Shown here one piece after another: positions 18,530 through 27,233 of a stretch of 46,608 bases of DNA; the stretch's first letter is position 1, and each line of letters starts with the position of its first letter. This DNA comes from Haloglomus sp. Its GTDB lineage: Archaea > Halobacteriota > Halobacteria > Halobacteriales > Haloarculaceae. The stretch lies in the NCBI GenBank assembly GCA_042217755.1, contig JBDGSA010000073.1, positions 1-46,608 of the forward strand. Reading direction: 5' to 3'. A program made the position numbers and the translations under genes. A model generated the notes under the pieces. That model was not told where the DNA came from and did not search any database. It saw nothing but the letters and a program-made list of their open reading frames with translations.

Positions 18530-19318
18530 GTGGCCGACCTCTGGCTCCTGCCGATTCTCGGCCTGTTCATCGGCGCCACCGTCACCCTTCTCGGCGGGGG
18601 CGGCGGCGTCTTCTACTTCCTGACGCTCGTCACGCTCGTCGGCCTGCCCTACCGCGTCGCGGTCCCGACCAGCCTCGCCACGGTCGTCCTGACGACGGCC
18701 TTCGGCTCGTACGGCCACTATCGCGAGGGCAACGTCGCCGTACGCATCGGCGCGCTCGTCGTCTCGGGTGCCGTCGTCGGGACCTACCTCGGTACGCGAG
18801 CCGTCGGAAGCCTCCCCACGAGCCTCCTCCGGCGGGCGCTGGGCGGCTTCCTGCTCGCACTCGCCGTCGCGACGCTCGTCGTCGACCGGTACCGACCGTC
18901 TCCCCGAGACGCCGCTGGAACGAGGACGACGAGCGTGGCACTCGGCCCCGTCCGCGCCGGCGGCGCGGTCGCCCTGGGGGTACTGACGGGCGCTCTGAGT
19001 GCGCTGTTCGGCATCAGCGGAACGCCGGTCCTCCTGCCGGGACTGTTCGCCCTCGGGTTGCCGGCAACCGCCGTCGTCGGGACGAGCGTATTCGCCGTCC
19101 TCGGTGTCGCGGTGGCCGGCGTGGGCTGGTACGCCGGCCTCGGAGCGCTGGACCCGGTCGTCGCGGCCGCGTTCGGTCTGGGAGCGGCCGGCGGCGGCGT
19201 CCTCGCCCCCAGACTCCTGGCCGGTGCGCCGACCGACCGCCTGGAGGCGCTCTCTGGACCGGTGTTCGCCGGACTCTCCGCGCTGGCCGGCGTCGGCTTC
19301 CTGGCCGGCCTACTCTGA
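18530..19318 (+). CDS. sulfite exporter TauE/SafE-family membrane protein
   Basis: LLGGGGG, AVPTSL, LFGISG, VVGTS; about 8 TM; GTG start inferred. Confidence 0.85.
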   Translation: MADLWLLPILGLFIGATVTLLGGGGGVFYFLTLVTLVGLPYRVAVPTSLATVVLTTAFGSYGHYREGNVAVRIGALVVSGAVVGTYLGTRAVGSLPTSLLRRALGGFLLALAVATLVVDRYRPSPRDAAGTRTTSVALGPVRAGGAVALGVLTGALSALFGISGTPVLLPGLFALGLPATAVVGTSVFAVLGVAVAGVGWYAGLGALDPVVAAAFGLGAAGGGVLAPRLLAGAPTDRLEALSGPVFAGLSALAGVGFLAGLL

Positions 19319-19350
19319 ATCCCGTATCTACGCCGCTAAAGTGGCAGGTT

Positions 19351-19400
19351 ACGTAGCAAAAATCGGAGTATTGAAATTACTTGGCAGATAAGTGAATAAA
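19351..19400. other. AT-rich islet 4 (about 32% GC; weakest) between convergent genes
   Basis: 16 G+C in 50 bp. Confidence 0.65.
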
Positions 19401-19404
19401 CCGG

Positions 19405-19653
19405 CTATTCGACGTCGATTCCCGAGTCGACGTCTGACTCCCTGCCGAACCAGCGCCGGACGTCTCCGGCCGCGGCGTGCCCGGCGAGTTCGCCCGCGAG
19501 TGCGAGCCCGCCGGCCAGTGCCGCGACGGCACCGGCGTCGAGGCCAGCCGCGAGCCCGACGCCGCCGCCGAGGAGTCCGGACCCCACGCCGATGACCGCG
19601 GACTGTTCGGGGGTGTCGCAAAACGGGAGCGTGAATCCGAGGTCGAACGCCAT
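19405..19653 (-). CDS. small hypothetical membrane protein
   Basis: 82 aa, Gly/Ala-rich hydrophobic hairpin; GGTGAGG SD-like sequence upstream. Confidence 0.65.
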   Translation of the reverse strand: MAFDLGFTLPFCDTPEQSAVIGVGSGLLGGGVGLAAGLDAGAVAALAGGLALAGELAGHAAAGDVRRWFGRESDVDSGIDVE

Positions 19654-19754
19654 ACCTCACCTTGGAACTACGAGCGCAATAACTCACCGCCGGTCGGGAC
19701 GGAGCGCGCGACCGAACGCTCCAACCGCACCGCCGCGGTACCGGCGCTCTCCAG

Positions 19755-20294
19755 TCAGACGAGTGTGTCGGGGCGGTCGCCGAGGTAGTCGAACACCGAC
19801 CCCATCGCGAAGCCGTACACCAGGTGTGCGATGAACGTGACCAGCACGTACAGCGCGAGCGAGACGCCGCTGTAGCCGACGTTGAACGCCAGGACGAAGC
19901 CGGTCCAGAGGACGAACCCGTAGGCGAGGCCGGCCGTCGCGTAGTCGTCGCCGGGGAGATAGCGCCCGATAGAGGCAAAGAGGAGCGGCCACGTCGTCAT
20001 CCCGCCGCCGAGGAAGATGATATACCCGGCCGCGAGGACCATATCCGGACCGAGGATCGCGTCCAGCCCGATGAGTTCGGCAGTGGTGCCAAAGGAGGAC
20101 ATCTCGAAGCCCCCCACCGAGGCGCCGACGAGAAGTACCACCGTCATCAGCGAGGACCCGACGAAGCCGCCGAGGGCGCCGACGAGCCCGTCGGCGAGGA
20201 TGCCGGCCAGCACGTCCATGTTGGGCTCGGCGCTCTCGTTGGCGAGCGTCGTGTCCATGTTGGCGTCGTCGACTCCGTTGTCACCCTGTGACAT
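19755..20294 (-). CDS. DUF6789-like 4-TM membrane protein
   Basis: GGFVGSSLMT, WPLLFAS, LWTGF, IAHLVYG. Confidence 0.7.
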   Translation of the reverse strand: MSQGDNGVDDANMDTTLANESAEPNMDVLAGILADGLVGALGGFVGSSLMTVVLLVGASVGGFEMSSFGTTAELIGLDAILGPDMVLAAGYIIFLGGGMTTWPLLFASIGRYLPGDDYATAGLAYGFVLWTGFVLAFNVGYSGVSLALYVLVTFIAHLVYGFAMGSVFDYLGDRPDTLV

Positions 20295-20531
20295 GGGTAC
20301 GCTTCACGCTCCCACTCGTGAAAAGGCTTCGTGTCGCCGGGCCGTCGGAGCCTGTTCCTGCCGGGAGCGTGAGCATGAGCGTGTCCCCGCGCCGCTCGGA
20401 CTGGCGCTCCGGCACCCCGTCGGCAGTGCGGGCACACCGCGGTCGCCTGTATCGCTGGAACGGCTCACTCTGACGTGGACATCGCCGACCGCCGCGGCCG
20501 GCCCGGTGCCGAGTCGTAATGCAGCGCGGGT

Positions 20532-23384
20532 TCAGCCCCGCGCCCACCGGAGCAGTCGGCGGTAGAACTCGTCGGATTCCAGCGCTTCCGCGTCGCCGAC
20601 GAGCGCGAGCGCGCGCTTCGCTCGCGTCAGCGCGACGTTCATCCGGCGGTGGTCGTCGAAAATCGGGCCCTCGACGTCGCCCGTCGCCACGAACGAGACC
20701 ACGACGACCTCCTTCGAGGACCCCTGGAAGCGGTCGACCGTGTCGACGGCGACGCCGGTTCCCTCGAGGCGCTTGCCGATCTCGGCGACCTGTGCGCGGA
20801 AGGGCGCAATGACGCCGATGTCGGCGGCCGGGACACCGGCGTCGAGATACGAGCGCACGGTCTCGGCCACCGCGTCGGCCTCGGTCGGGTTCGTGTTCCC
20901 GACCCGCGACCCGTCCGGGTCCACGAACGCGACGGCGTCCCGCAGGTGGGCAGGCAGGCGCGCGGTGTCCACGCCCGCGAGGTCCGCGAGCCGGCGACCC
21001 GCCACCTCCGGCGTCGCCGGCCGCAACTCGCCGTCGTAGAACTCCTCGGAGGAGAACCACTGGATCCGCTGGCACATCCGGTACTGCCGGTCCAGCATCA
21101 CGCCGGCGTCGGGGTGGGCGTCGATGAGCCGCTCGAACAGCGAGGTCTGGAGGTCGCGTGCTCGCGGGTCGCTTCCCTCCCCGCTCGGCTTCCGGGGCTC
21201 GCTCCGCTCGTCCCCACTATTCTCGGCACGGACGACCGGCGGCAGCTGCTGGTGGTCGCCGACGAGGACGAACCGGTCGGCGCGGTTCGTCGCGAGGAAG
21301 GTGCCCGGCTCCGTGAGCTGTCCGGCCTCGTCGACGACGGCCACGTCGAACTCGCGGGACTTCACCGCGCGTGACCCACAGGAGGCCGTCGTCGCGGCGA
21401 CGACGGGCGCCTCGCGCAACTCGCGCGCCACGCGGTCGGGGTCGCCCGTCTGGTCGAGCAGGCGGTCGTGCATGTCCCCGCGGACGCCCGAGGTCGAGCC
21501 GACCCGCAGGAAGTCCTCGAATCCCTGGTCACGAAGGGCCCCCAGCGCGTTGTCGACGGCGCGGTTAGTGAACGCCGACAGCAGCACGCGATCGCCCCGC
21601 TCGACCAGCGCTCGGACGAGCGTCGCGAGCGTGTACGTCTTGCCCGTCCCTGGCGGACCGTGGACGAGCGCGAAGTCCTCGGCGTTGAGCGCGAGGTTGA
21701 CGGCCTCGTTCTGGGACTCGTTGTTGTCGATGTAGGTCCCGTGGTCGTCGCGGAACGAGGGGTCGCGCCGGCCGAATAGCACGTCCTTGTGTTCCTCGTC
21801 GCCCGCGAGGATGGCGTCGTGGAGGGCGTTCAGCTGCCGGTCCACCGTGAGTTCGGACGGGTAGACGTCGATCCGGTGAACGTCGAGCGGTTCGTCGGCT
21901 GTCAGGCGGATCTTCCCGTCAGTCCCGCTCCCGAGGGACTCGACCCGGGCGAGTTCCGCCTTCGTCCGCGTCGGGTGGCCCTCGCTCACGATGACGAGGT
22001 CGCCCTCGCGGATTTTCGAAACCGATTCGCTCGTCCGGCGCGTGGTCAAGACCCAGTGACGCTCGGCCTCGTTCCACTCCCGGCCGACGGGATCGAGGTC
22101 GACGAGCGCGCGGTCGTCGTCGGCCCGTTCCTCGGCGGTCTGTTCCCACAGTTTGCGGTACTCGCGGTGGACCTCGCGGCGCTCTGCTTCGATGGCGCGG
22201 TAGAAGCGGTCGAAGTAGGTCTGCTCCTCCTCGGGGACCGCGATTCCGGAGATGGCGCCCGCCTTCGACTCCTGGTCGAGTCGGCCGGCGACCGCCATGC
22301 ACGGGTCCTGCTCGAAGCAGTACTCGCACTTCGCGTTCCCCTCGTACCCCGTCGGGATGGAGTGGTCGTGTTCCATCGCCGCCAGGTGGTTCCGCTCGCG
22401 GAGGACGTACTCCGCAAAGCCCCGGCCGATGGCGAAGTCCTTCGCCGGCGAGAGGTCGCCGGACGCCTCCGTCCGGTCGAGTGCGGCGTTCTTGGTGTAG
22501 ATGAGCGTCCCCGTGTCCGGGATGGCCGCCGCGGTGTCTCCGCCGCCACTGATGGGCGTCTCGGCGTCGTCCTCTCGGGGGGGCTCTCGCTCTGCGTCCG
22601 CGTACTCGCCGAGCATCAGTGCGTAGCAGGCCGCCTGCACCTTGTCGTGGAATCGTGGTTCGCCCTTCGTGTTCTTGCCTGTCTTCAGTTCGACGGGCGC
22701 GCCCCGGCGGACGGCGTCGGCACGACCCTTGATGCCGAACGTCTCCGAGACGAGGGTCTGCTCCGAGCGCCACTCGCTCTCCGCGGGCGCGAATGACTGC
22801 TCCGAGTCGGCGTTCCCCGACCCGTCCCCCTCTGTCAGCGTTCCCTGCTGGAGCCAGGCTTCGATGGCCGCGGCGTTGGCGCGCACCTCTGCCGCCACCT
22901 CGTCGCGGTCCAGCCCCAGCAGTCCGATGTCGAGCGCGGCCGCCTCGACGCTCTGCTCGACGGCCTCGTCGAGGTCGTTCCCCCGGAGGAGTTCGCCGAA
23001 CACCTCGTGGACGACGGTCCCCTTCACGACCGGATACTTCAGCGGCGCGCCCTGCAGCTTGTTCAGGTAGTACATCCGCGGGCACTGGACCCACTCGCGG
23101 ATGCCCGTCACGTCGACGAGGAAGTCCGGCTCGACGACGACCCAGGAGGTCGGTGTGGTCTCGTACTGTGTCTCGCCCTGCCACTCGTCGGTCTCGACGT
23201 CCGTCACGAGCAGATCCATCTCCGGCTCGAGGTAGTCGACCGTCTCGGCCCACTTGCGCCAGAGTGTCACCCGCGCCGGCGGCGCGGCACCGCGCTCCGG
23301 GCGGATCGTCACCTCCGCGAGGTCGGTCCCGCCGCTCACCGTCCGCGGCTCGCCCACCTCGACGACTGGCCCCCGAAGGTTCAC
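20532..23384 (-). CDS. dna2: Dna2-like OB-fold / Fe-S PD-(D/E)xK nuclease / SF1 helicase
   Basis: QCPR...GRADA...VELKTG...CEYC...C; GPPGTGKT, DEAGQ, GDHQQLPP, QYRM, TVDRFQG, NVALTRAK; GTG start inferred. Confidence 0.88.
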   Translation of the reverse strand: MNLRGPVVEVGEPRTVSGGTDLAEVTIRPERGAAPPARVTLWRKWAETVDYLEPEMDLLVTDVETDEWQGETQYETTPTSWVVVEPDFLVDVTGIREWVQCPRMYYLNKLQGAPLKYPVVKGTVVHEVFGELLRGNDLDEAVEQSVEAAALDIGLLGLDRDEVAAEVRANAAAIEAWLQQGTLTEGDGSGNADSEQSFAPAESEWRSEQTLVSETFGIKGRADAVRRGAPVELKTGKNTKGEPRFHDKVQAACYALMLGEYADAEREPPREDDAETPISGGGDTAAAIPDTGTLIYTKNAALDRTEASGDLSPAKDFAIGRGFAEYVLRERNHLAAMEHDHSIPTGYEGNAKCEYCFEQDPCMAVAGRLDQESKAGAISGIAVPEEEQTYFDRFYRAIEAERREVHREYRKLWEQTAEERADDDRALVDLDPVGREWNEAERHWVLTTRRTSESVSKIREGDLVIVSEGHPTRTKAELARVESLGSGTDGKIRLTADEPLDVHRIDVYPSELTVDRQLNALHDAILAGDEEHKDVLFGRRDPSFRDDHGTYIDNNESQNEAVNLALNAEDFALVHGPPGTGKTYTLATLVRALVERGDRVLLSAFTNRAVDNALGALRDQGFEDFLRVGSTSGVRGDMHDRLLDQTGDPDRVARELREAPVVAATTASCGSRAVKSREFDVAVVDEAGQLTEPGTFLATNRADRFVLVGDHQQLPPVVRAENSGDERSEPRKPSGEGSDPRARDLQTSLFERLIDAHPDAGVMLDRQYRMCQRIQWFSSEEFYDGELRPATPEVAGRRLADLAGVDTARLPAHLRDAVAFVDPDGSRVGNTNPTEADAVAETVRSYLDAGVPAADIGVIAPFRAQVAEIGKRLEGTGVAVDTVDRFQGSSKEVVVVSFVATGDVEGPIFDDHRRMNVALTRAKRALALVGDAEALESDEFYRRLLRWARG

Positions 23385-23508
23385 AGCCGTCCCTGTGCCC
23401 TCGGCGGAAAGAGCGTGTCGGTCAGTTCGACCGTCCGCGGCTGGCTGGCTCGCCGAGCGGGCCGTAGCGGACGACACGCTCTTGCCGTCGCGCGTCAGAA
23501 CCCCGGGT

Positions 23509-24060
23509 ATGCGCGTGCGCGACTGGCAGGACATCGTCGAGGACGTGGTCGAGTCGAACGCCGACCCGTCAGACTGGCGGGCCGTCGCCGGAGACCGCCG
23601 CGGCGGCCTCGGCGAGGACTTCTTCGTCGGCCACCCCGACGCCGGCGTCTACCAGCTCAAGACCTACGCCCGCAACCCCTTCGACGTGAAGGGCGTGGGC
23701 GGCGAGGTGGCCCGGCGCATCGACGACGACCTCGACCCACTGTTCCCGAACCGCGACCACGACGGCCGGTTCGGCGTCCGCTCCCCGCCCGAGGACGAGG
23801 ACGCCGCCGAGGAGTCCGCCAAACGGCTAGAGGAGGTCATCAGGACACACGCCGACGCGCCGACGACCGGCGACGCCCTCTTCGAGGACGTGATGGACGC
23901 ACTGGACTCTCCCGCCTTCGGCCCGATGGAGTTCGAGTTCGACGACCGTCCGGAGGAACTGGACGAACTGACCGACACGTTCGAGGAGGCAGACGAACTC
24001 CTCTCGAAGGACCTCGACGACCTCATCGAGGCCGACGGGGTCGGCCGGGGTTTTCACTGA
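23509..24060 (+). CDS. conserved acidic hypothetical protein
   Basis: MRVRDWQDI...YQLKTYARNPF...LDSPAFGP; typical codon bias. Confidence 0.8.
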   Translation: MRVRDWQDIVEDVVESNADPSDWRAVAGDRRGGLGEDFFVGHPDAGVYQLKTYARNPFDVKGVGGEVARRIDDDLDPLFPNRDHDGRFGVRSPPEDEDAAEESAKRLEEVIRTHADAPTTGDALFEDVMDALDSPAFGPMEFEFDDRPEELDELTDTFEEADELLSKDLDDLIEADGVGRGFH

Positions 24061-24090
24061 GTCCCGTTTCGTCGGTACCGACGGCGTGTC

Positions 24091-24170
24091 GAATATTTTC
24101 GTAAATTTCTATTTACGTATATAGTCGGCGCTATTATATATTTAAAACAGAATTTCATACTTTATTTGGA
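24091..24170. other. AT-rich islet 5 (about 24% GC) between convergent genes
   Basis: 19 G+C in 80 bp; preceded by perfect 14-bp palindrome CGTCGGTACCGACG (24070-24083). Confidence 0.85.
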
Positions 24171-24186
24171 CACTCAAAGAGATACT

Positions 24187-25122
24187 TCACTCCCGGTCGT
24201 CGGGAGGCGACACCCGCCGGACGGCAGGCGTCGGGCCGTCCGAGCCGCCCGGGTCGGGCGCCGCCGCGCCGACCCGGCCTCGGACGAACGCCATCGTGGC
24301 GGCGTTGAGCGCGAGTCCGACAGGCGCCGCGAGGACGGCCGCCAGGACGAGGCCCGGGAGGCCGGCCGAGAATCCGAGCGCGGAGACCGGGACCGAGCAG
24401 ACGGCCACAGCGAGCGCAAAGCCAAGCGCGAACACGAGGTACTCCGCGTCGAGCGCGACGCGGACGCCGCGCGCGAACGCCGGCCGGGGGTCGAGGTCGG
24501 CGGCGACGCCGGCGTACACCCCCGGCGTGAGCAGGTAGAAGCCGACGAGCGAGGCGAGGAACACCGGAACGACCGCCAGGGCCGAGCCGCCGGTCAGGAC
24601 GCCGATACCGGCGAACGCGACGGCGACGAAGACGAACGCAACGATTCCAAGGAACTGGAGTCCGGCGAACGCGACCGTGATCGGGGCGTACCGTCGCAGG
24701 TTGTCGAGGTGGTCGGTCGGCCGGCCGGCGAGCGCGTCGTCGATAGCGCCGAGGTAGACAGCGCCCAGAAGACCGACGACGAGGAGCGTTCCGGCGGCGA
24801 CGAGGACGCTCCCGCCGAGCAGGACCGGCTCGTCTCGGACGGCAGTGGCGGAGTACCCGAAAACGGAGATGCCGTTCGCCGGCGCGTTCAGGAACGTCCA
24901 CAGCCCCGCGACCGGGGTCGGCAGGCCGAAATTGACCTGCACAGTCACGTCGCTTCGAGCGGCGCGCTCGAGCTGGTCGACCGAGAGCAGTCCGACGACG
25001 AACGGGACGAGCGCGAGCCAGGGACGGCTGACCGCGACATCGATGCCATCGGTGAACGACGACGGGATTGAGGGCCCAGAGCGGCGGTCGCTGTCGGCGC
25101 TGGTGGTGGAGGGCGTTGCCAT
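24187..25122 (-). CDS. hypothetical multi-pass membrane protein
   Basis: 311 aa with about 6 hydrophobic segments. Confidence 0.75.
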   Translation of the reverse strand: MATPSTTSADSDRRSGPSIPSSFTDGIDVAVSRPWLALVPFVVGLLSVDQLERAARSDVTVQVNFGLPTPVAGLWTFLNAPANGISVFGYSATAVRDEPVLLGGSVLVAAGTLLVVGLLGAVYLGAIDDALAGRPTDHLDNLRRYAPITVAFAGLQFLGIVAFVFVAVAFAGIGVLTGGSALAVVPVFLASLVGFYLLTPGVYAGVAADLDPRPAFARGVRVALDAEYLVFALGFALAVAVCSVPVSALGFSAGLPGLVLAAVLAAPVGLALNAATMAFVRGRVGAAAPDPGGSDGPTPAVRRVSPPDDRE

Positions 25123-25165
25123 CACGCCCGGCGTGAACCGCCCGACACTTCAACCGAGTGGAGAG

Positions 25166-25753
25166 TCAAGCGCCGAATTCACTCTCCGTCACGCGGACGA
25201 CGACCGTCTCGTCGACGTCTCGGAGGTCGTACTCGGGCAACTCGGGACCCGTGCGAGTGACGAACATCGGGTCGACGAGGCGGCGCGCCGGGCCGCGGCG
25301 GGTCGCGCCGGTCGCATCGTCTGCGCGCTCGCGCCCGTTCTCGGCGCCGTCACCGCCAGCGTCCGCGTCTGCGTCGCCGTCACCGTCCACGTCCGCGCCA
25401 CCGTCACTGTCCGCGTCGGGCGTCACGACGCCGTAGACCTTGCAGAAGCGGTCGGATTCGTCGGGCGTGATCGCGTCGTCGCGGAGCGCGGTCGCGAGAT
25501 CGCGCGACAGCCACTCCGTCTCGCTGACGGAGGGTTCGAGGACGAGCGCCTCCTCGACGAAGCGAACGAGGTACCAGTTCAGGTCGTTCAGCAGGGCGAC
25601 GGCGGCGCCGAGCGAGACGGTCTCGAGCGCCACCGAGTTGTGATACGGCTGGCGGAGGTCGTAGGTTGCGAGCGCCTCGCGGGCGGTCTCCCGCGAGAGC
25701 AACTCGTACCGGAGGTCGACCTCGTCGTCGCCCAGCAGACAGACCCGCGCCAT
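25166..25753 (-). CDS. DUF5804-like protein with acidic low-complexity insert
   Basis: VCLLG...LRYELLSRETAR...SLGAAVALLNDLNWY...VVRVTESEF. Confidence 0.75.
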   Translation of the reverse strand: MARVCLLGDDEVDLRYELLSRETAREALATYDLRQPYHNSVALETVSLGAAVALLNDLNWYLVRFVEEALVLEPSVSETEWLSRDLATALRDDAITPDESDRFCKVYGVVTPDADSDGGADVDGDGDADADAGGDGAENGRERADDATGATRRGPARRLVDPMFVTRTGPELPEYDLRDVDETVVVRVTESEFGA

Positions 25754-25846
25754 ACTTCGGACGTGCCGGGGACGCGGCAAAGCGGTTTCGACCGGCCCGG
25801 CAAGAGCGCACGGCGCACCGGGAATCGGGCCGTCAACGACGACCGG

Positions 25847-25981
25847 TCACTGGATGTAGGACGGCTCTTCGGCGTCGCAGTTCTCCTCGTGTGCCGCCGC
25901 GTCGTCGCGGTCGTCGAACAGCAGGCCGCAGGCTTCACACTCGTACCACGTCTCGCCCTCCCGCTGGGTTTCGGCGACCAT
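25847..25981 (-). CDS. 44-aa zinc-finger micro-protein (DUF7128-like)
   Basis: MVAETQREGETWYECEACGLLFDDRDDAAAHEENCDAEEPSYIQ; CxxC...H...C. Confidence 0.8.
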   Translation of the reverse strand: MVAETQREGETWYECEACGLLFDDRDDAAAHEENCDAEEPSYIQ

Positions 25982-26041
25982 GTGCGGGGCCTGTCGGGCC
26001 GCGGACAAATGTGTTTCTCCGGAGCGGCCGCCGGCCGGCAC

Positions 26042-26190
26042 GTGGTCTCCGGAGCAGCCACCGGGGTCACATGGTCTCCGAATCGGCCATCGGGGGACAC
26101 GTGGTCTCCGAATCGGCCACTGGGAGACGCGTGGCCTCCGAATCGGCCACTGGGAGACGCGTGGCCTCCGGACCGATCGTTGGGGAACAC
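26042..26190. repeat. 30-bp tandem repeat (5 copies) in a divergent intergenic region
   Basis: Consensus GTGGTCTCCGAATCGGCCACTGGGAGACRC; starts 26042, 26071, 26101, 26131, 26161. Confidence 0.9.
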
Positions 26191-26229
26191 GGAGGGCCCC
26201 GACTGCGGGGCGACGGTCGAAGTGGAGCC

Positions 26230-26243
26230 CGGACTTAAGTCCG
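26230..26243. promoter_or_regulatory. TATA box inside a perfect 14-bp palindrome
   Basis: CGGACTTAAGTCCG, centre about 28 bp upstream of ATG 26265. Confidence 0.55.
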
Positions 26244-26264
26244 CGCCGCACTTTCTCCCGACGA

Positions 26265-27233
26265 ATGATTGAGGTCCGGGACCTACGCAAGGAGTACGGC
26301 GACTTCGTCGCTGTCGAAGGGTCGACCTTCGCCGTCGACGCGGGCGAGGTGTTCGGTATCATCGGACCGAACGGGGCCGGCAAGACGACGACGCTGAAGA
26401 CGCTGGCGGGGCTGCTAGAGCCGACGAGCGGGACCGCCGAGGTGGCCGGCTACGACGCCGCCGACCCGCGGATGCGCCAGCAACTCGGCTTCCTCCCCGA
26501 GGAGTCGCCCCTCTACGAGGAGATGACCGCCGTCTCGTATCTGACGTTCTTCGCGGACCTCTACGACGTGGACCGGGCCGTCGCCGAGACCCGCATCCAC
26601 GACACTCTCGACCGCCTCGATCTGGAGTACCGCGACCGCGCGCTGGGCGACATGTCGAAGGGGATGAAACGGAAGGTCGCCATCGCGCGGTCGCTGGTCA
26701 ACGACCCCGACGTTCTGGTGTACGACGAACCGGCCTCGGGACTCGACCCACTCACGACGAACTACATCATCGAGTTCACGCGCGACCTCGCAGACCAGGG
26801 GAAGACGGTCGTCTTCTCGGCACACAACCTGTACCACGTCGAGTCGATCTGTGACCGTATCGCCATCATGAACGAGGGCCGCATCGTCGCCCGCGGCAGC
26901 GTCGAGGAACTCCGGGAACAGTACGGCCGCACCACGTACCACGTCTACACCTCGCTCCCGGTGGAGGGCTCGACGCCCGTAGAGGGCAGCGAGCGACATC
27001 GGGTGACCGTCGAGTCGATGGACGCCGTCGGGGCAGTTCGCGAGGCCGCCGAGGCCGCGGGCGGCCGCCTCGTCGACATCCGGACGGATGACCCCTCGCT
27101 CGAGCGGGTCTTCCTCGACCTCGCAGAGGATGAAAGCGATGCCGAGCGGGCGGTCGCACGGCGTGACGCCGACGACGAGGACGCCGTCGAGTCCAGACCG
27201 GCCCGCGCCGAGCCGCCGGGGGCCGACGAGTGA
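26265..27233 (+). CDS. ABC ATP-binding protein
   Basis: GPNGAGKTT, MSKGMKRK, LVYDEP, SAH. Confidence 0.93.
   Translation: MIEVRDLRKEYGDFVAVEGSTFAVDAGEVFGIIGPNGAGKTTTLKTLAGLLEPTSGTAEVAGYDAADPRMRQQLGFLPEESPLYEEMTAVSYLTFFADLYDVDRAVAETRIHDTLDRLDLEYRDRALGDMSKGMKRKVAIARSLVNDPDVLVYDEPASGLDPLTTNYIIEFTRDLADQGKTVVFSAHNLYHVESICDRIAIMNEGRIVARGSVEELREQYGRTTYHVYTSLPVEGSTPVEGSERHRVTVESMDAVGAVREAAEAAGGRLVDIRTDDPSLERVFLDLAEDESDAERAVARRDADDEDAVESRPARAEPPGADE

Noticed and set aside
22290-23100. cas4 gene
   Set aside because: The Cas4-like Fe-S nuclease is fused to an SF1 helicase (Dna2 architecture); no cas1, cas2 or array.
26042-26190. CRISPR array (30-bp repeats)
   Set aside because: Units are contiguous with no unique spacers, and no cas genes are present; the same applies to the 18287 and 32285 arrays.
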